Below, in pieces: positions 1 to 9,571 of a stretch of 64,000 nucleotides of DNA. The position numbers and the translations under genes were made by a program. Each line of letters opens with the position of its first letter. Position 1 is the stretch's first letter. Source of the DNA: Candidatus Bathyarchaeota archaeon (GTDB taxonomy: Archaea; Thermoproteota; Bathyarchaeia; Bathyarchaeales; Bathycorpusculaceae); NCBI GenBank assembly GCA_963707955.1, contig OY970176.1:672001-736000 (forward strand), read 5' to 3'. The notes under the pieces were generated by a model, which was given only the letters and a program-made list of their open reading frames with translations, was not told the origin of the DNA and searched no databases.

Positions 1-51
1 GACGGCGTCTTCCTAAGCGGCATAATCGCCGTACTCCTCGCTGGACTGTAA
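1..51 (+). CDS. C-terminus of DUF1614-like membrane protein (partial, runs in from the left edge)
   Basis: Frame 1 reads DGVFLSGIIAVLLAGL*, resembling the conserved DGIFL(S/T)GIIAVLL end of DUF1614 proteins. Confidence 0.65.
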   Translation, partial: DGVFLSGIIAVLLAGL

Positions 52-147
52 GGCTTGACTTACCAAGGTTGACTTCAGATCACAAGTGTACCTAGCACGT
101 ACTGGCGAATTCTCTCAGCTGCTTTTCGGTGAGTCCTTCTCCGCGCG

Positions 148-497
148 CGCTATAACTACTTGATTTTTGTCCGCTATTTGATGGGCACTGCTATCTGGTT
201 TCTCCATTTCATCGAATCGCGTAATATTTCTTTGCTTCTTTTGTGCCGAAATCAGATTTGATGTTCTTCCTAGATATTAGACCTCAAGAAGCCTTCAGAA
301 GAATACTGCAGACACGCAGAAAAAGGGAAATGTTTGAAAGCATGAATGAACTCCGCAAAGTCAGGGCAAAAGGGCTCTTGCTTCCGTTGATTGGCAAATG
401 GAAGATCATTGATGCAAACAAGTCAATAGAGGAAGTCGGAACGGAGATCCGCAAAAAGCTTGCGCTAGGAGATACCGCGCGCGCTCTCGTCCGCTGA
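148..497 (+). pseudogene. Thymidylate kinase-like remnant (5'-truncated, frameshift near 191, in-frame TAA at 222-224)
   Basis: RYNYLIFVRYLMGTA, shift, YLVSPFHRIA*YFFASFVPKSDLMFFLDIRPQEAFRRI...FE...IIDANKSIEEV matches the C-terminal half of dTMP kinases; the P-loop is absent. Confidence 0.65.
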
Positions 498-1625
498 TTC
501 GAAGCTGATTGCATTCTGTTTTCTATGTGACGCTTGGTAGTGAAGAGCCTGCACATGCTGTGAGTGGTTGTAGATCCAAGCTCCATTCTTGAAGAACTGG
601 TAAGGGATCGTCTCTCTTGACCATTTGCCCACTCGCAAGTCTTGAAGTACGTAGTCGTAACTCTCTAGGAGGTGTGCTCTCGCGAGGCTCGATAGGGCAT
701 CAATGAAGTTTCTGAATTCTTGTCGTGGAAGATAAATCTGTGAGACCAGCGAGTTTTCGTTCAATATCTTGCCCAGGATGAACACGAAGGGTTTGTTCAG
801 CAGAGATCGGGCAAACTTGCTCATTTTTTGTTTGTCGCTGAACTTGAAAGTGAAAAAGAGCATGTCGGAAGTTGCTCTATCAAACGGCAGTATGGCCATT
901 TGGAAAGTCTCGATCAGTCCATGTTTGACAACGTGTGTTTTGTAATGATAGCGTACATTCTGCAACGATGTTCCAAGTTTCCTGGCGATAGAGGCCAAGC
1001 TCACGGTTGCGTCTTTCTCCAGTTCCCCTATTATGAACATGTCAGTTTCATCAGCTCTCAAAGGAAAATCTCCAGGGTCCTTCAACGTGTAGGGCAATTC
1101 ATCATCCGCTGAAGAAACCTCCTCCAACCATTCTTTCCACCGAAAGAGCCAAGTCTCTCCTTCACCGTCAAACCAGTTTCTCGTAAGGTTAACCGTGTGA
1201 AAACAGGTAGACCAGGATAATTCAATGCTCTGTGTCACTCCCATTCTTTCTACCTCTTCGACGAAATCCTTGAATTCAGCCGTGTGCTCCACGGGAATCA
1301 CATAGATTCCCACGCATCCTTCAAACAGGCCGAAGCATCGGCTTAGGTAGATATAGAACTTGTTCACCTTCAGGCAGTTGAAAAGGAGATCCTCCTGCCC
1401 GGGAGTCGCTTTCGCAAAGACCACTGCCTTTTTCAGCCCGAGATTTGTGTGATAAACGGTCGTACCCAGATTCAGGAAAAAAAGCGAGGACATGCGTTCT
1501 ATCCTTGATACCACCGTTCCTCTCGGCATGTCGAGTTCTCTTGCGACCTTTGAGATGTTTCTTGGACCGTATTCTGCAAGACCCTCGAGGACTTTGATGT
1601 CACGGCTGTCAAGGTTAGCGGGCAT
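465..1625 (-). CDS. Tandem (double) Lrp/AsnC-like winged-helix transcriptional regulator
   Basis: Two HTH modules (DIKVLEGL..GPRNISKVARELDMPRGTVVSRI; DMFIIGELEKDATVSLASIARKLGTSLQNVRYH), each followed by a ferredoxin-like segment. Confidence 0.8.
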   Translation of the reverse strand: MPANLDSRDIKVLEGLAEYGPRNISKVARELDMPRGTVVSRIERMSSLFFLNLGTTVYHTNLGLKKAVVFAKATPGQEDLLFNCLKVNKFYIYLSRCFGLFEGCVGIYVIPVEHTAEFKDFVEEVERMGVTQSIELSWSTCFHTVNLTRNWFDGEGETWLFRWKEWLEEVSSADDELPYTLKDPGDFPLRADETDMFIIGELEKDATVSLASIARKLGTSLQNVRYHYKTHVVKHGLIETFQMAILPFDRATSDMLFFTFKFSDKQKMSKFARSLLNKPFVFILGKILNENSLVSQIYLPRQEFRNFIDALSSLARAHLLESYDYVLQDLRVGKWSRETIPYQFFKNGAWIYNHSQHVQALHYQASHRKQNAISFESADESARGIS

Positions 1626-1641
1626 TCTTTCCTCGCCTCTA

Positions 1642-1806
1642 TCAAGCTCGTTTGGACTTCGTTATTAACTTTATGGTCCAACTGGTGTGTTGATCGGATC
1701 TGCGTGTGCCTTCACAGAGGCAAGAGACAAGGCAACCAAGCCTATTTGAAGCACTATCACGATTGCCTTCCAGTGTCGAGTTACAAACGTTCTCCAGTTC
1801 AAGCAT
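1642..1806 (-). CDS. Small Cys-containing peptide (54 aa) directly upstream of the Lrp-like regulator
   Basis: Perfect anti-SD match GGAGGTGA just before ATG 1806; reads MLELENVCNSTLEGNRDSASNRLGCLVSCLCEG...; stop lies 16 bp before the regulator start. Confidence 0.55.
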   Translation of the reverse strand: MLELENVCNSTLEGNRDSASNRLGCLVSCLCEGTRRSDQHTSWTIKLITKSKRA

Positions 1807-1816
1807 ATCACCTCCT

Positions 1817-1860
1817 TTTATTTTTGTCGACAAATAAGCCTTAGCTTCGACAAAAATAAA
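1817..1860. promoter_or_regulatory. Perfect 14-bp inverted repeat (putative operator) next to a TATA box in a divergent promoter
   Basis: TTTATTTTTGTCGA-N16-TCGACAAAAATAAA, immediately followed by GCTTATATAT. Confidence 0.7.
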
Positions 1861-1893
1861 GCTTATATATGTTCTATTCTAGAACTAAACTCC

Positions 1894-2232
1894 ATGTCCG
1901 CCGACCCAGACGTCGAACAGAGAATTCTGCAGTGTGTTGATGAGGCCCTAGGGACACTTGGAAAGAGTGGAAGAAAGGCCCTCCTCCTCCATCTTGAAAA
2001 GAGCGCGGGTATCAAGAGAAAAGAGATTTCTACAAAGCCGGAACTGTTCTGCAATGAGTTGAACCTGATTCTGGGAAGACAGGGAGCAGTTCTGATCAGC
2101 AAGTTAATTGTCAAGAAACTACTCACAGGCTTTGGACTGCGACAGAAGTCAGACCTGACTGTTACCGAAACCATCAAATTGATCAAAGCAACGCAGGAGA
2201 AACCTCGCCATGTTGCAGGAAGCGGTCTTTAG
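1894..2232 (+). CDS. DUF3227/NitrOD5-like small helical protein
   Basis: VDEALGTLG...LLHLEK..GIKRKEI..KPELF...L..ILG..GA..I pattern of this archaeal family. Confidence 0.6.
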   Translation: MSADPDVEQRILQCVDEALGTLGKSGRKALLLHLEKSAGIKRKEISTKPELFCNELNLILGRQGAVLISKLIVKKLLTGFGLRQKSDLTVTETIKLIKATQEKPRHVAGSGL

Positions 2233-2417
2233 GAAAATAAAGCCTTCTCTTTCAAGAGAGGCCACGTAACCGCCCGGCTTCGAATGTTATACAGACCAAC
2301 ACTTCTTGGCCGCCCCTGCCTGCTCTGAACCAGAGAGTCTTTGTGATGAAAAACGATAACTTTGCAGAAGACGTATTTAGATTCAGCGTATTGGTTTTGG
2401 AGACAAGGTGAACATCT

Positions 2418-3149
2418 CTGAAGCATAAAAGAGGGTATAAGCGCGGCTATCCTGTGGCAATCCTAGGAGGATTAGAAGACGACCGAGCGGTCTTATGGAA
2501 GGTATTCAGCAATGTTGTCAAGCCTGAAAAGACCGTCTGGCTTGACGGAACCAGGAACGACCCGAAAGCCGTGTACAACTTTCATGAATCAATCGTCAAC
2601 GCGCTGAGACCCACGCTGAAAGAAGGCGTCAGAAGCGTCATCCTTGCATCCCCCGCGAGGACCAATTACGCCCAAAGATTCATCGATCACATTCACGGGC
2701 ACCACGCATGGCTAGTCCAAGGCCCAAACAAAGCAACATTCTCTGAGATAACTGGATCCGCTGGCACACTGCCTGAAGTAGCCGCCCTAACAAGGACTCC
2801 CACGTTCCACCGACTGATCTCCGAAACCACGTCAGAGGAGACCGAAGACCTCATTGACATGCTGGAAAAACATCTCAACTCTTCAAATCAGGACAAAGTT
2901 GCACTGTATTCGCTTATGGAAATAGAAGACCTGATCCTTGGGCCGCAGAAGCCCAGCAGATTTACGGCTGAATACCTAATGCTTACCGACGAGTACCTTT
3001 CAAACAGCCACGAAAAGAACAGAATACACAGGCTGATGCAGATCGCCACTAACAGAAATGTTAAAACAAGGATAGTTGACGCAGAATCAACAGCAGGTCT
3101 ACGCCTTAAGCAACTGGGCGGAATGGTCTGTCTTGCACACCTCAAATAA
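2418..3149 (+). CDS. Pelota/eRF1 domain 2-3-like protein lacking the N-terminal domain; probable CTG start
   Basis: VILASP motif and C-terminal IVDAESTAGLRLKQLGGMVCL resemble pelota; frame is open up to CTG 2418 behind AAGGTGA. Confidence 0.6.
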   Translation: MKHKRGYKRGYPVAILGGLEDDRAVLWKVFSNVVKPEKTVWLDGTRNDPKAVYNFHESIVNALRPTLKEGVRSVILASPARTNYAQRFIDHIHGHHAWLVQGPNKATFSEITGSAGTLPEVAALTRTPTFHRLISETTSEETEDLIDMLEKHLNSSNQDKVALYSLMEIEDLILGPQKPSRFTAEYLMLTDEYLSNSHEKNRIHRLMQIATNRNVKTRIVDAESTAGLRLKQLGGMVCLAHLK

Positions 3150-3625
3150 GCAGGCGTGGAATGTGCACATGCTCAAGTGCTTCAAGATTAGCCGCCTGCC
3201 ACCAATTGCACTTCTCTTGCCCCGTCGACGAATTCCGCTCCACAATCAATACGCTTCTGAGCGTACCAATGCATCTCTTGCTTCAACTTCCATTGGAGCC
3301 TCCCCCAATAATTAGCTTTACAGTCGTGCAGTTGCTAATAGTAATTATCCACGAATCGAGTGTTAAGGCCAACGTTTCTGGTAGGCGCCTCTTCTGCGGC
3401 AGAAGCAAAACAGACTTTCTCGACTTTGGCAAGAATGCTAGGTTGAAGAGTACTAGAGGTCAGAAAGCTCAATACAAATAGCAACATGTACTGGCGCGTG
3501 GCTGTTTTTCCGGCAAAAAGCTGAATAAGTCTTATCTCAAGTGTGCTCATTGAGTTACGAGCTGGCGTGCCGGTGAGGCTTATCGGCAACCACCAACACT
3601 GGAATACAGTTCGGCGGAGAGAGAA

Positions 3626-4605
3626 ATGTCAGACTGGGTCCGACAGCTGAGGTTCAACCCTATTCCCATCTTGATCAAATCTGAAAACAAGGCGATTTCC
3701 TACTTTGCAGGGCGAGACCTTTTGGAGCAGCCTGCAGAACCTGTTTATGCGCTCTGGAGGCTTCCAGAAGTGACTGAGCTACTTGACAAGCAGAAGATAA
3801 ACGGCTCATGGAAATATCACGGCGGAAAAGAAGCCATTCGTTCGCAGGAAAACTATGATCAACTTGAAACATACAGAACACTCGGAATACTCGTGGAAAA
3901 GTACGGTTTCACTTCCGAACATCTGCCATACAGGAAGCCGCCGATTTCCTCTTCAGCTTTCAAACTGCAGAAGGAGACTTCAGAGGAATCTACGCAAACC
4001 AGTACACTCCCAACTACTCAGCGGCGATAATGGAGCTTCTCATCAAAGCAGGATATTATGGTGATGAACAAATAGAAAAGGGATTCAAATGGTTGCTGGA
4101 CATGCGGCAGAACGACGGCGGATGGGCAATACCGACCAGAACGCTACGCGGAGAAGACGCTCCAACCCTCACGCAGGCCATGAGAAAGCGAGAACCGATT
4201 CAGCCAGACAAGTCAAAACCCTTCTCACACCTAGTAACGGGCATAGTCCTGCGCGCTCTCGCTGCACACCCAAGATACCGAAATACAGAAGAAGCCAGAC
4301 GCGCCGGGGAACTCCTGAAGTCGAGATTCTTTAAACCAGACACTTACCCAGACCGAAAAGCCCCAAGCTTCTGGACCAAGTTCACGTATCCCTTCTGGTT
4401 CACAGATTTGCTGTCTTCACTCGACTCGCTCTCCCTAATGGGGTTCACAAGCGAAGACCCACATGTAGAAGAAGCCGTCCGATGGCTCATTGACAGACAG
4501 CAAGAAGACAGCCTCTGGAGAGTCAAACTGCAAAAATCAGGGGGAGACAAAAACCTGAAACTCTGGGTCAGCCTGGCCATCTGCAGAGTCTTCAAAAGGC
4601 TCTAA
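3626..4605 (+). pseudogene. Prenyltransferase/squalene-cyclase-repeat (alpha/alpha barrel) protein split by a 1-bp deletion near 3923 (pseudogene or assembly error)
   Basis: QW-like repeats (Q..NGSW, RQNDGGW, QQEDSLW); restoring one C gives EHPAIQEAADFLFSFQTAEGDFRG...MELL and joins the two ORFs. Confidence 0.7.
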
Positions 4606-4832
4606 AAAGTCCTCCGGACTGGTCGTGGACGCTGAAAACCGAAGAGAGTAGGCGTGTTAGAGGAGGCAAAACACGAAACACAGGCGCTGTTAAACAGCGC
4701 GAGTATCGTCTGCGTTTGAGACAAGATTCTATTTGAGGCAGTTTTCAAGCCATTTTACGTTGTCTTTAACACGGACAGACTTTTATCTCCTAAAACCGCA
4801 TAAGAGATGCAGAACAAAATCACTCGCAGAGG

Positions 4833-5807
4833 ATGATAAGTCCGTTGAAAACCATAGGTGTTGTAACGAGCGGCGGTGACGCGCCGGGCATGAACGCTGC
4901 CATCCGGGCTATAACTCGCATAGCCTATTCGAAGAACCTTCAGGTTCTAGGTTTTGAGAGAGGCTGGGAAGGCTTGATAACGAACAGCTCTAGACCACTG
5001 ACCCCCAGATCCGTCGGCGGCATAATACAGCTCGGCGGCACGATTCTGCACACGTCAAGATCCTTAGAGTTCAAGACGCCAGAAGGCATCAACAAGGCCG
5101 CCGAAACTCTTGCTTCAAGAAGCATTGACGCACTCGTGGTCATCGGAGGAAACGGCTCCCTTCACGGAGCATTGGACTTGAGCAGGGAAACAGACAGTCT
5201 CATAGTCGGAGTGCCAGCGTCGATCGACAACGATGTCTTTGGAACAGACGAAACGATAGGCTTCGACACGGCTTTGAACACCGCAGTCAATGAAATCGAC
5301 AAGATAAGAGACACAGCCATCTCACACGAGAGGATCTTCATAGTTGAGGTCATGGGGCGAGCAAGAGGCTTCCTCGCAGCAACCGTGGGGCTGACGGTCG
5401 GAGCAGAGATAATCTTGGTTCCGGAGGTTAAGGTTGAAACGAAAAAAATCGTCGAAAGACTAGAAGAGAACAGCGCCAAAGGAAAAAAATCGGGCATAAT
5501 AGTTGCAGCAGAGGGAATCGGAGACACACGCAAGCTCGGAGAAGACATCGAGAAAGAAACGCGAACAGAGGTCAGGCTGACCGTCCTAGGCTACGCTCAA
5601 AGAGGAGGAAGCCCTTCGGCCAGAAGCCGACTTCTAGCTAGCCTCTTTGCAAACGAGGCCGTTGAGCTGGCCACGAAAAATCGAGGAAACAGAATAGTCG
5701 GACTCCAAAACGGCAACGTAACGAGCATGGACCTCGAAAAATCATGCAGCAAAGAGAAGCCTCTAGACTTGAACCTGTTGAGTCTGGCAAACGTGCTGGC
5801 AACTTAA
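4833..5807 (+). CDS. pfkA: ATP-dependent 6-phosphofructokinase, PfkA family
   Basis: TSGGDAPGMNAA, GGNGS (Gly at the phosphoryl-donor position), PASIDND, EVMGR, LGYAQRGG. Confidence 0.9.
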   Translation: MISPLKTIGVVTSGGDAPGMNAAIRAITRIAYSKNLQVLGFERGWEGLITNSSRPLTPRSVGGIIQLGGTILHTSRSLEFKTPEGINKAAETLASRSIDALVVIGGNGSLHGALDLSRETDSLIVGVPASIDNDVFGTDETIGFDTALNTAVNEIDKIRDTAISHERIFIVEVMGRARGFLAATVGLTVGAEIILVPEVKVETKKIVERLEENSAKGKKSGIIVAAEGIGDTRKLGEDIEKETRTEVRLTVLGYAQRGGSPSARSRLLASLFANEAVELATKNRGNRIVGLQNGNVTSMDLEKSCSKEKPLDLNLLSLANVLAT

Positions 5808-5908
5808 GACCTCACGAAATTTGCATCGACGCACAGTGTACAACGTTCGTCTGTGCCATCGAAGCTGCATGCTGTGGAAAGCAGCGTTGAGCACGAGTTG
5901 GCAAATTC

Positions 5909-6937
5909 TTAGCCAAAAAACAGGCTTGCTATGTCGTAGAGTTCCAGATCCACCGGTTTCCTCTTTCCGACGACTTCCTTAAGCGGAACGGACACTATCT
6001 TGTTTCCTTTGATGGCGACCATACGGTCAAACTTTCCCTCATGAACCAGGTCTATAGCTGCGATTCCGAATCTCGTGGCCAATATCCTGTCGAAGGCTGT
6101 CGGGGAGCCGCCCCGCTGAAGATGGCCCAGAACGACGACCCGTGTTTCGATGTTCAAGCATTTTTCGATTTCCTTGCCGAGGTAGTAGCCAACGCCTCCC
6201 AAGCGGATGTGGCCGAACTCGTCGACGCTTTCGCTGTAGACAATTTCAACGCCGCCTTTAGGTTTGGCTCCTTCGGCAACGACTATTAGGCTGAAGTTTC
6301 TGCCTCTCCTCTGTCTCTGTCTGATGCACTCACACACTTCGTCTATGTCGAAGGGTTTCTCAGGGATCAGTATGACGTCTGCGCCGCCGGCTAATCCAGC
6401 TTCTAACGCTATCCACCCGGTGTATCTGCCCATGACTTCGAGGATAATCACCCTGTGATGTGTCTCGGCCGTCGTGTGAAGCCTGTCCAGCGCCTCGGTG
6501 GCAACGCCGACCGCCGTCATGAAGCCAAACGTGTAGTCCGTCCCAGCCAAGTCGTTGTCGATGGTTTTGGGCACGCCGACACACTTGAGTCCAAGCTCGC
6601 CCATCTTCTGGGCTACGCTCAGAGTGTCGTCCCCACCGATGACAACAAGGGCTCCGATGCCAGCCGTTCTCGCGTTCTCCATAATTCTTTCAAATCCCTT
6701 TTCTCTCTTGAAGGGGTTCGTTCTAGAAGTGCCCAGAATTGATCCTCCCCTAGGGAGAATGCCTGAAGCTGCCTTAAGATCTAACGACAAGTATTCGCCT
6801 TCGATGAGTCCAGCCCAGCCGTCCTTTATGCCGATTATCTCGTAGCCGTAGTTCTGTATGCCCTTCTTGACCACGGCTCTTATGACGGCGTTGATTCCGG
6901 GAGCGTCACCGCCTCCGCTTAAGACTCCAACCTTCAT
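5909..6937 (-). CDS. pfp: PfkA-family phosphofructokinase, predicted PPi-dependent
   Basis: GGGDAPG, GGDDT (Asp) and PKTIDND (Lys) are the PPi-type signature; start reassigned to ATG 6937. Confidence 0.85.
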   Translation of the reverse strand: MKVGVLSGGGDAPGINAVIRAVVKKGIQNYGYEIIGIKDGWAGLIEGEYLSLDLKAASGILPRGGSILGTSRTNPFKREKGFERIMENARTAGIGALVVIGGDDTLSVAQKMGELGLKCVGVPKTIDNDLAGTDYTFGFMTAVGVATEALDRLHTTAETHHRVIILEVMGRYTGWIALEAGLAGGADVILIPEKPFDIDEVCECIRQRQRRGRNFSLIVVAEGAKPKGGVEIVYSESVDEFGHIRLGGVGYYLGKEIEKCLNIETRVVVLGHLQRGGSPTAFDRILATRFGIAAIDLVHEGKFDRMVAIKGNKIVSVPLKEVVGKRKPVDLELYDIASLFFG

Positions 6938-6953
6938 TCGGGCGGTTCTCCAT

Positions 6954-7871
6954 TCAAGCTCTCCCAGAGCTTCCGAACAAGCGCATCTTGCCCCTGACAA
7001 CCTCTTTCATAGCTTCTTTCGCTGGACCCAAGATCTTCCTCGGGTCAAACTCTTTCGGCAAGTTTGCGAGCACCTCGCGAACTGTTGCCGTGAAAGCGAG
7101 ACGCAAGTCCGTGTCGATGTTTATCTTCGCGATTCCCATCGAAATGGCCTTTTTTATCTGGTCTTCAGGGATGCCCTTCGCTCCGGCAAGCTCCGCCCCG
7201 TACTTACTCGCCTTCTCAATGAGCCAAGCTGGAACGCTCGAAGCTCCATGGAGAACGAGCGGTACGTACACCCTGTCGCTTATGGCTTTAAGTCTTTCAA
7301 AGTCAAGTTTGGGTTCAGCCTTGAACTTGTAAGCTCCATGAGACGTGCCGACTGCCACTGCCAGAGCGTCGACGCCGGTGCGCTCCACGAATTCTCTAGC
7401 TGAGTCAGGGTCCGTTAGAATAGCCTCTTTTTCCTCAACGGTTTTCTCCTCAACTCCAGCCAGTCTTCCAAGTTCCGCCTCAACCGCAACTCCTCTTGGA
7501 TGCGCAAGGTCAACCACACGCTTGGTCAATGCGATGTTTTCTTCAAACTTCAGATGAGAACCGTCGATCATGACCGACGTGAACCCTGCTCCTATACACT
7601 TGGAGACCGTGTCGAAGTCTTCGCCATGGTCAAGGTGAAGCGACATTGGAACTGCACACAATTCTGCTGCTGTTTTGACTATTTTTGAAACGTAAGGCAG
7701 GCCAGCGTATTTGACGGCGCTTGGCGTCACAGCAACTATGGCGGGTGATTTTTCTTCGACAGCTGCTTCCGAAACTGCCAGCAACGTTTCTAAGTTGTTT
7801 ATGTTAAAGGCCCCCACTGCATAGGCTCTCTGGCGTGCTGGAACCAGCAGGTCCTTGTTTGTGACAAGCAG
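6954..7871 (-). CDS. fba: Class II fructose-1,6-bisphosphate aldolase; probable CTG start
   Basis: YAVGAFN, HLDHG, FTSVMIDGS, VEAELG, GTSHGAYK, LVLHGAS, KINIDTD, FDPRK. Confidence 0.93.
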   Translation of the reverse strand: MLVTNKDLLVPARQRAYAVGAFNINNLETLLAVSEAAVEEKSPAIVAVTPSAVKYAGLPYVSKIVKTAAELCAVPMSLHLDHGEDFDTVSKCIGAGFTSVMIDGSHLKFEENIALTKRVVDLAHPRGVAVEAELGRLAGVEEKTVEEKEAILTDPDSAREFVERTGVDALAVAVGTSHGAYKFKAEPKLDFERLKAISDRVYVPLVLHGASSVPAWLIEKASKYGAELAGAKGIPEDQIKKAISMGIAKINIDTDLRLAFTATVREVLANLPKEFDPRKILGPAKEAMKEVVRGKMRLFGSSGRA

Positions 7872-8000
7872 GACTTTCCACCGTTGATGGAATATTGATT
7901 GCGAACGGTATAAATGGTTTGCACGTACAAACAGGTTAGTTTGGCCTTGCATTTCTTTTTAAACTCAAGAACACAACAAAACAATGTGCTCGACAAGAAC

Positions 8001-8909
8001 ATGGAGCGAACGGTTGTGAAAACAGTTAGCAGAGACAGAGTAATCTACAGCTTCAATCCTCAACACGACCCAGCTGAGCACGTAACTCCCGGCGAAATTA
8101 TTCTGATCGAAACCGAGGATGCCTTCAGCGGTCAGATCAGGAGCGAGAAAGATTCAGTAAATGTGCTCGACTGGTCCAGAGTTGATGGAGCTACGGGCCC
8201 CATATTCGTTGAAGACGCAAGACGAGGGGACACTCTTGTCGTTGAGATACTTGAAATAAAGGTTCCGAAGAAAGGCGTGATAGTCACCGTTCCCAAGTGT
8301 GGAATTCTGGCAGAAAAAAGGTTCAGACCTTCATCCAGAATCGTCAAGATAAGCAGGAATCACGTGAGTTTCGAAAGCGTTCAGGTCAGAGCAAACCCAA
8401 TGATAGGCACTATAGGTGTGACTCCTGAAAGCGGTGAAATCCCCTGTGGTTCTCTAGGCAAGCACGGAGGCAACATGGATGTTAAGGAGATGACCGCCGG
8501 CACCAAGCTGTACCTACCAGTTTTTGTCGAAGGCGCCCTGTTCGCACTTGGCGATGTTCACGCGGTCCAAGCAGATGGGGAGCTGTGTGTCTCAGCAGTT
8601 GAAGTGCCCGGAGAGATTCTGTTAAGGTTTAAACTCATAAAGCGAAAGAAGCCCCAATGGCCGATACTCGAAACAAAGGATTCGTACGCTTTTCTGGCGT
8701 GTGGAGAAACGCTGGATGAGGCGGCAAGGTTTGCAGCTGAGGTTGCGGTGGAGGCTTTCATGCGCGAGCACCATTGGTCCTTCGAGACTGCTTACATGTT
8801 TGGCAGTCTTGCCATAGATCTGAAGATAAGTCAGGTTGTTGATCCGAAGAAGGGTGTCAGAGCGGTGGTTTCGAAAGATCTCATAGACCTGAACAGCTTG
8901 CTCGTCTGA
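8001..8909 (+). CDS. Acetamidase/formamidase family protein
   Basis: TGPIFVEDARRGDTL, PMIGTIG, HGGNMD, GDVHAVQADGE, SQVVDP; exact start uncertain. Confidence 0.88.
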   Translation: MERTVVKTVSRDRVIYSFNPQHDPAEHVTPGEIILIETEDAFSGQIRSEKDSVNVLDWSRVDGATGPIFVEDARRGDTLVVEILEIKVPKKGVIVTVPKCGILAEKRFRPSSRIVKISRNHVSFESVQVRANPMIGTIGVTPESGEIPCGSLGKHGGNMDVKEMTAGTKLYLPVFVEGALFALGDVHAVQADGELCVSAVEVPGEILLRFKLIKRKKPQWPILETKDSYAFLACGETLDEAARFAAEVAVEAFMREHHWSFETAYMFGSLAIDLKISQVVDPKKGVRAVVSKDLIDLNSLLV

Positions 8910-8972
8910 GGAATGTATGTTGTCAGAAAATCTTGAACTCACGAAAGATCATTTAGGCTTTGGGGATTTGTT

Positions 8973-9176
8973 GTGACCTGCTATTTTAGGCATCTTCAAG
9001 AGGTTTTCAAGAAGGCAGGGATAAGAGTTACTGAAGAGAACAAGAGAGAAGTTGACAAGATTATTCATAGAATTGTAGGTGTCAAATACAAGGATTGTCC
9101 TGCAACTTGGAAAGAAGTGAAAAGGAGAGTCAGCGAAGACGAGGAAGGCTTCGCTTCACGGCTCAGGGATGAATGA
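8973..9176 (+). CDS. Small hypothetical protein
   Basis: 67-aa charged helical ORF (MTCYFRHL...CPATWKEVK) filling the intergenic gap. Confidence 0.65.
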   Translation: MTCYFRHLQEVFKKAGIRVTEENKREVDKIIHRIVGVKYKDCPATWKEVKRRVSEDEEGFASRLRDE

Positions 9177-9244
9177 ACAAGCATGGATAATCGAGCGCAG
9201 TCAAGAAAAAGCAAGCGCGCGACGAGCGCGCCGACGATCAAGTT

Positions 9245-9385
9245 CTACTTGCTTTTTACCTTTTTCATCGGTTGTTCGCAGCACATCAGCTCGCACGTTG
9301 GTTCGCATCCACATGGCTGATCAACGAGGACAACCAGACCGCACTCCTCGCACTTGTACTTCTCACCTTTAGCTTTCTTCGCCAT
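9245..9385 (-). CDS. Desulforedoxin-like small metal-binding protein (46 aa; not in ORF track)
   Basis: MAKKAKGEKYKCEECGLVVLVDQPCGCEPTCELMCCEQPMKKVKSK has YKCxxCG...LxCCxxPM; GGAGGTGG RBS. Confidence 0.8.
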   Translation of the reverse strand: MAKKAKGEKYKCEECGLVVLVDQPCGCEPTCELMCCEQPMKKVKSK

Positions 9386-9571
9386 TCAAACCCACCTCCC
9401 GCCTCTTTTCTACGTATGAACCCATACATTTTTTGAGGTATAAAACTATTTTCAAAACGTGTCGTTCGGCTGGGCTCTCTGCTTCAACAAGTAAAGTCAA
9501 ATTCTAGCGCGCGCGCTTGCACCAAATAACGCTCTGGACCGCGCGCGCCCCCTTGAGCTGCAGAACAAGAA

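Noticed and set aside
3246-3293. 15-codon minus-strand ORF behind a GGAGG RBS
   Set aside because: Too short, no recognisable features; readthrough of its TGA gives nothing coherent
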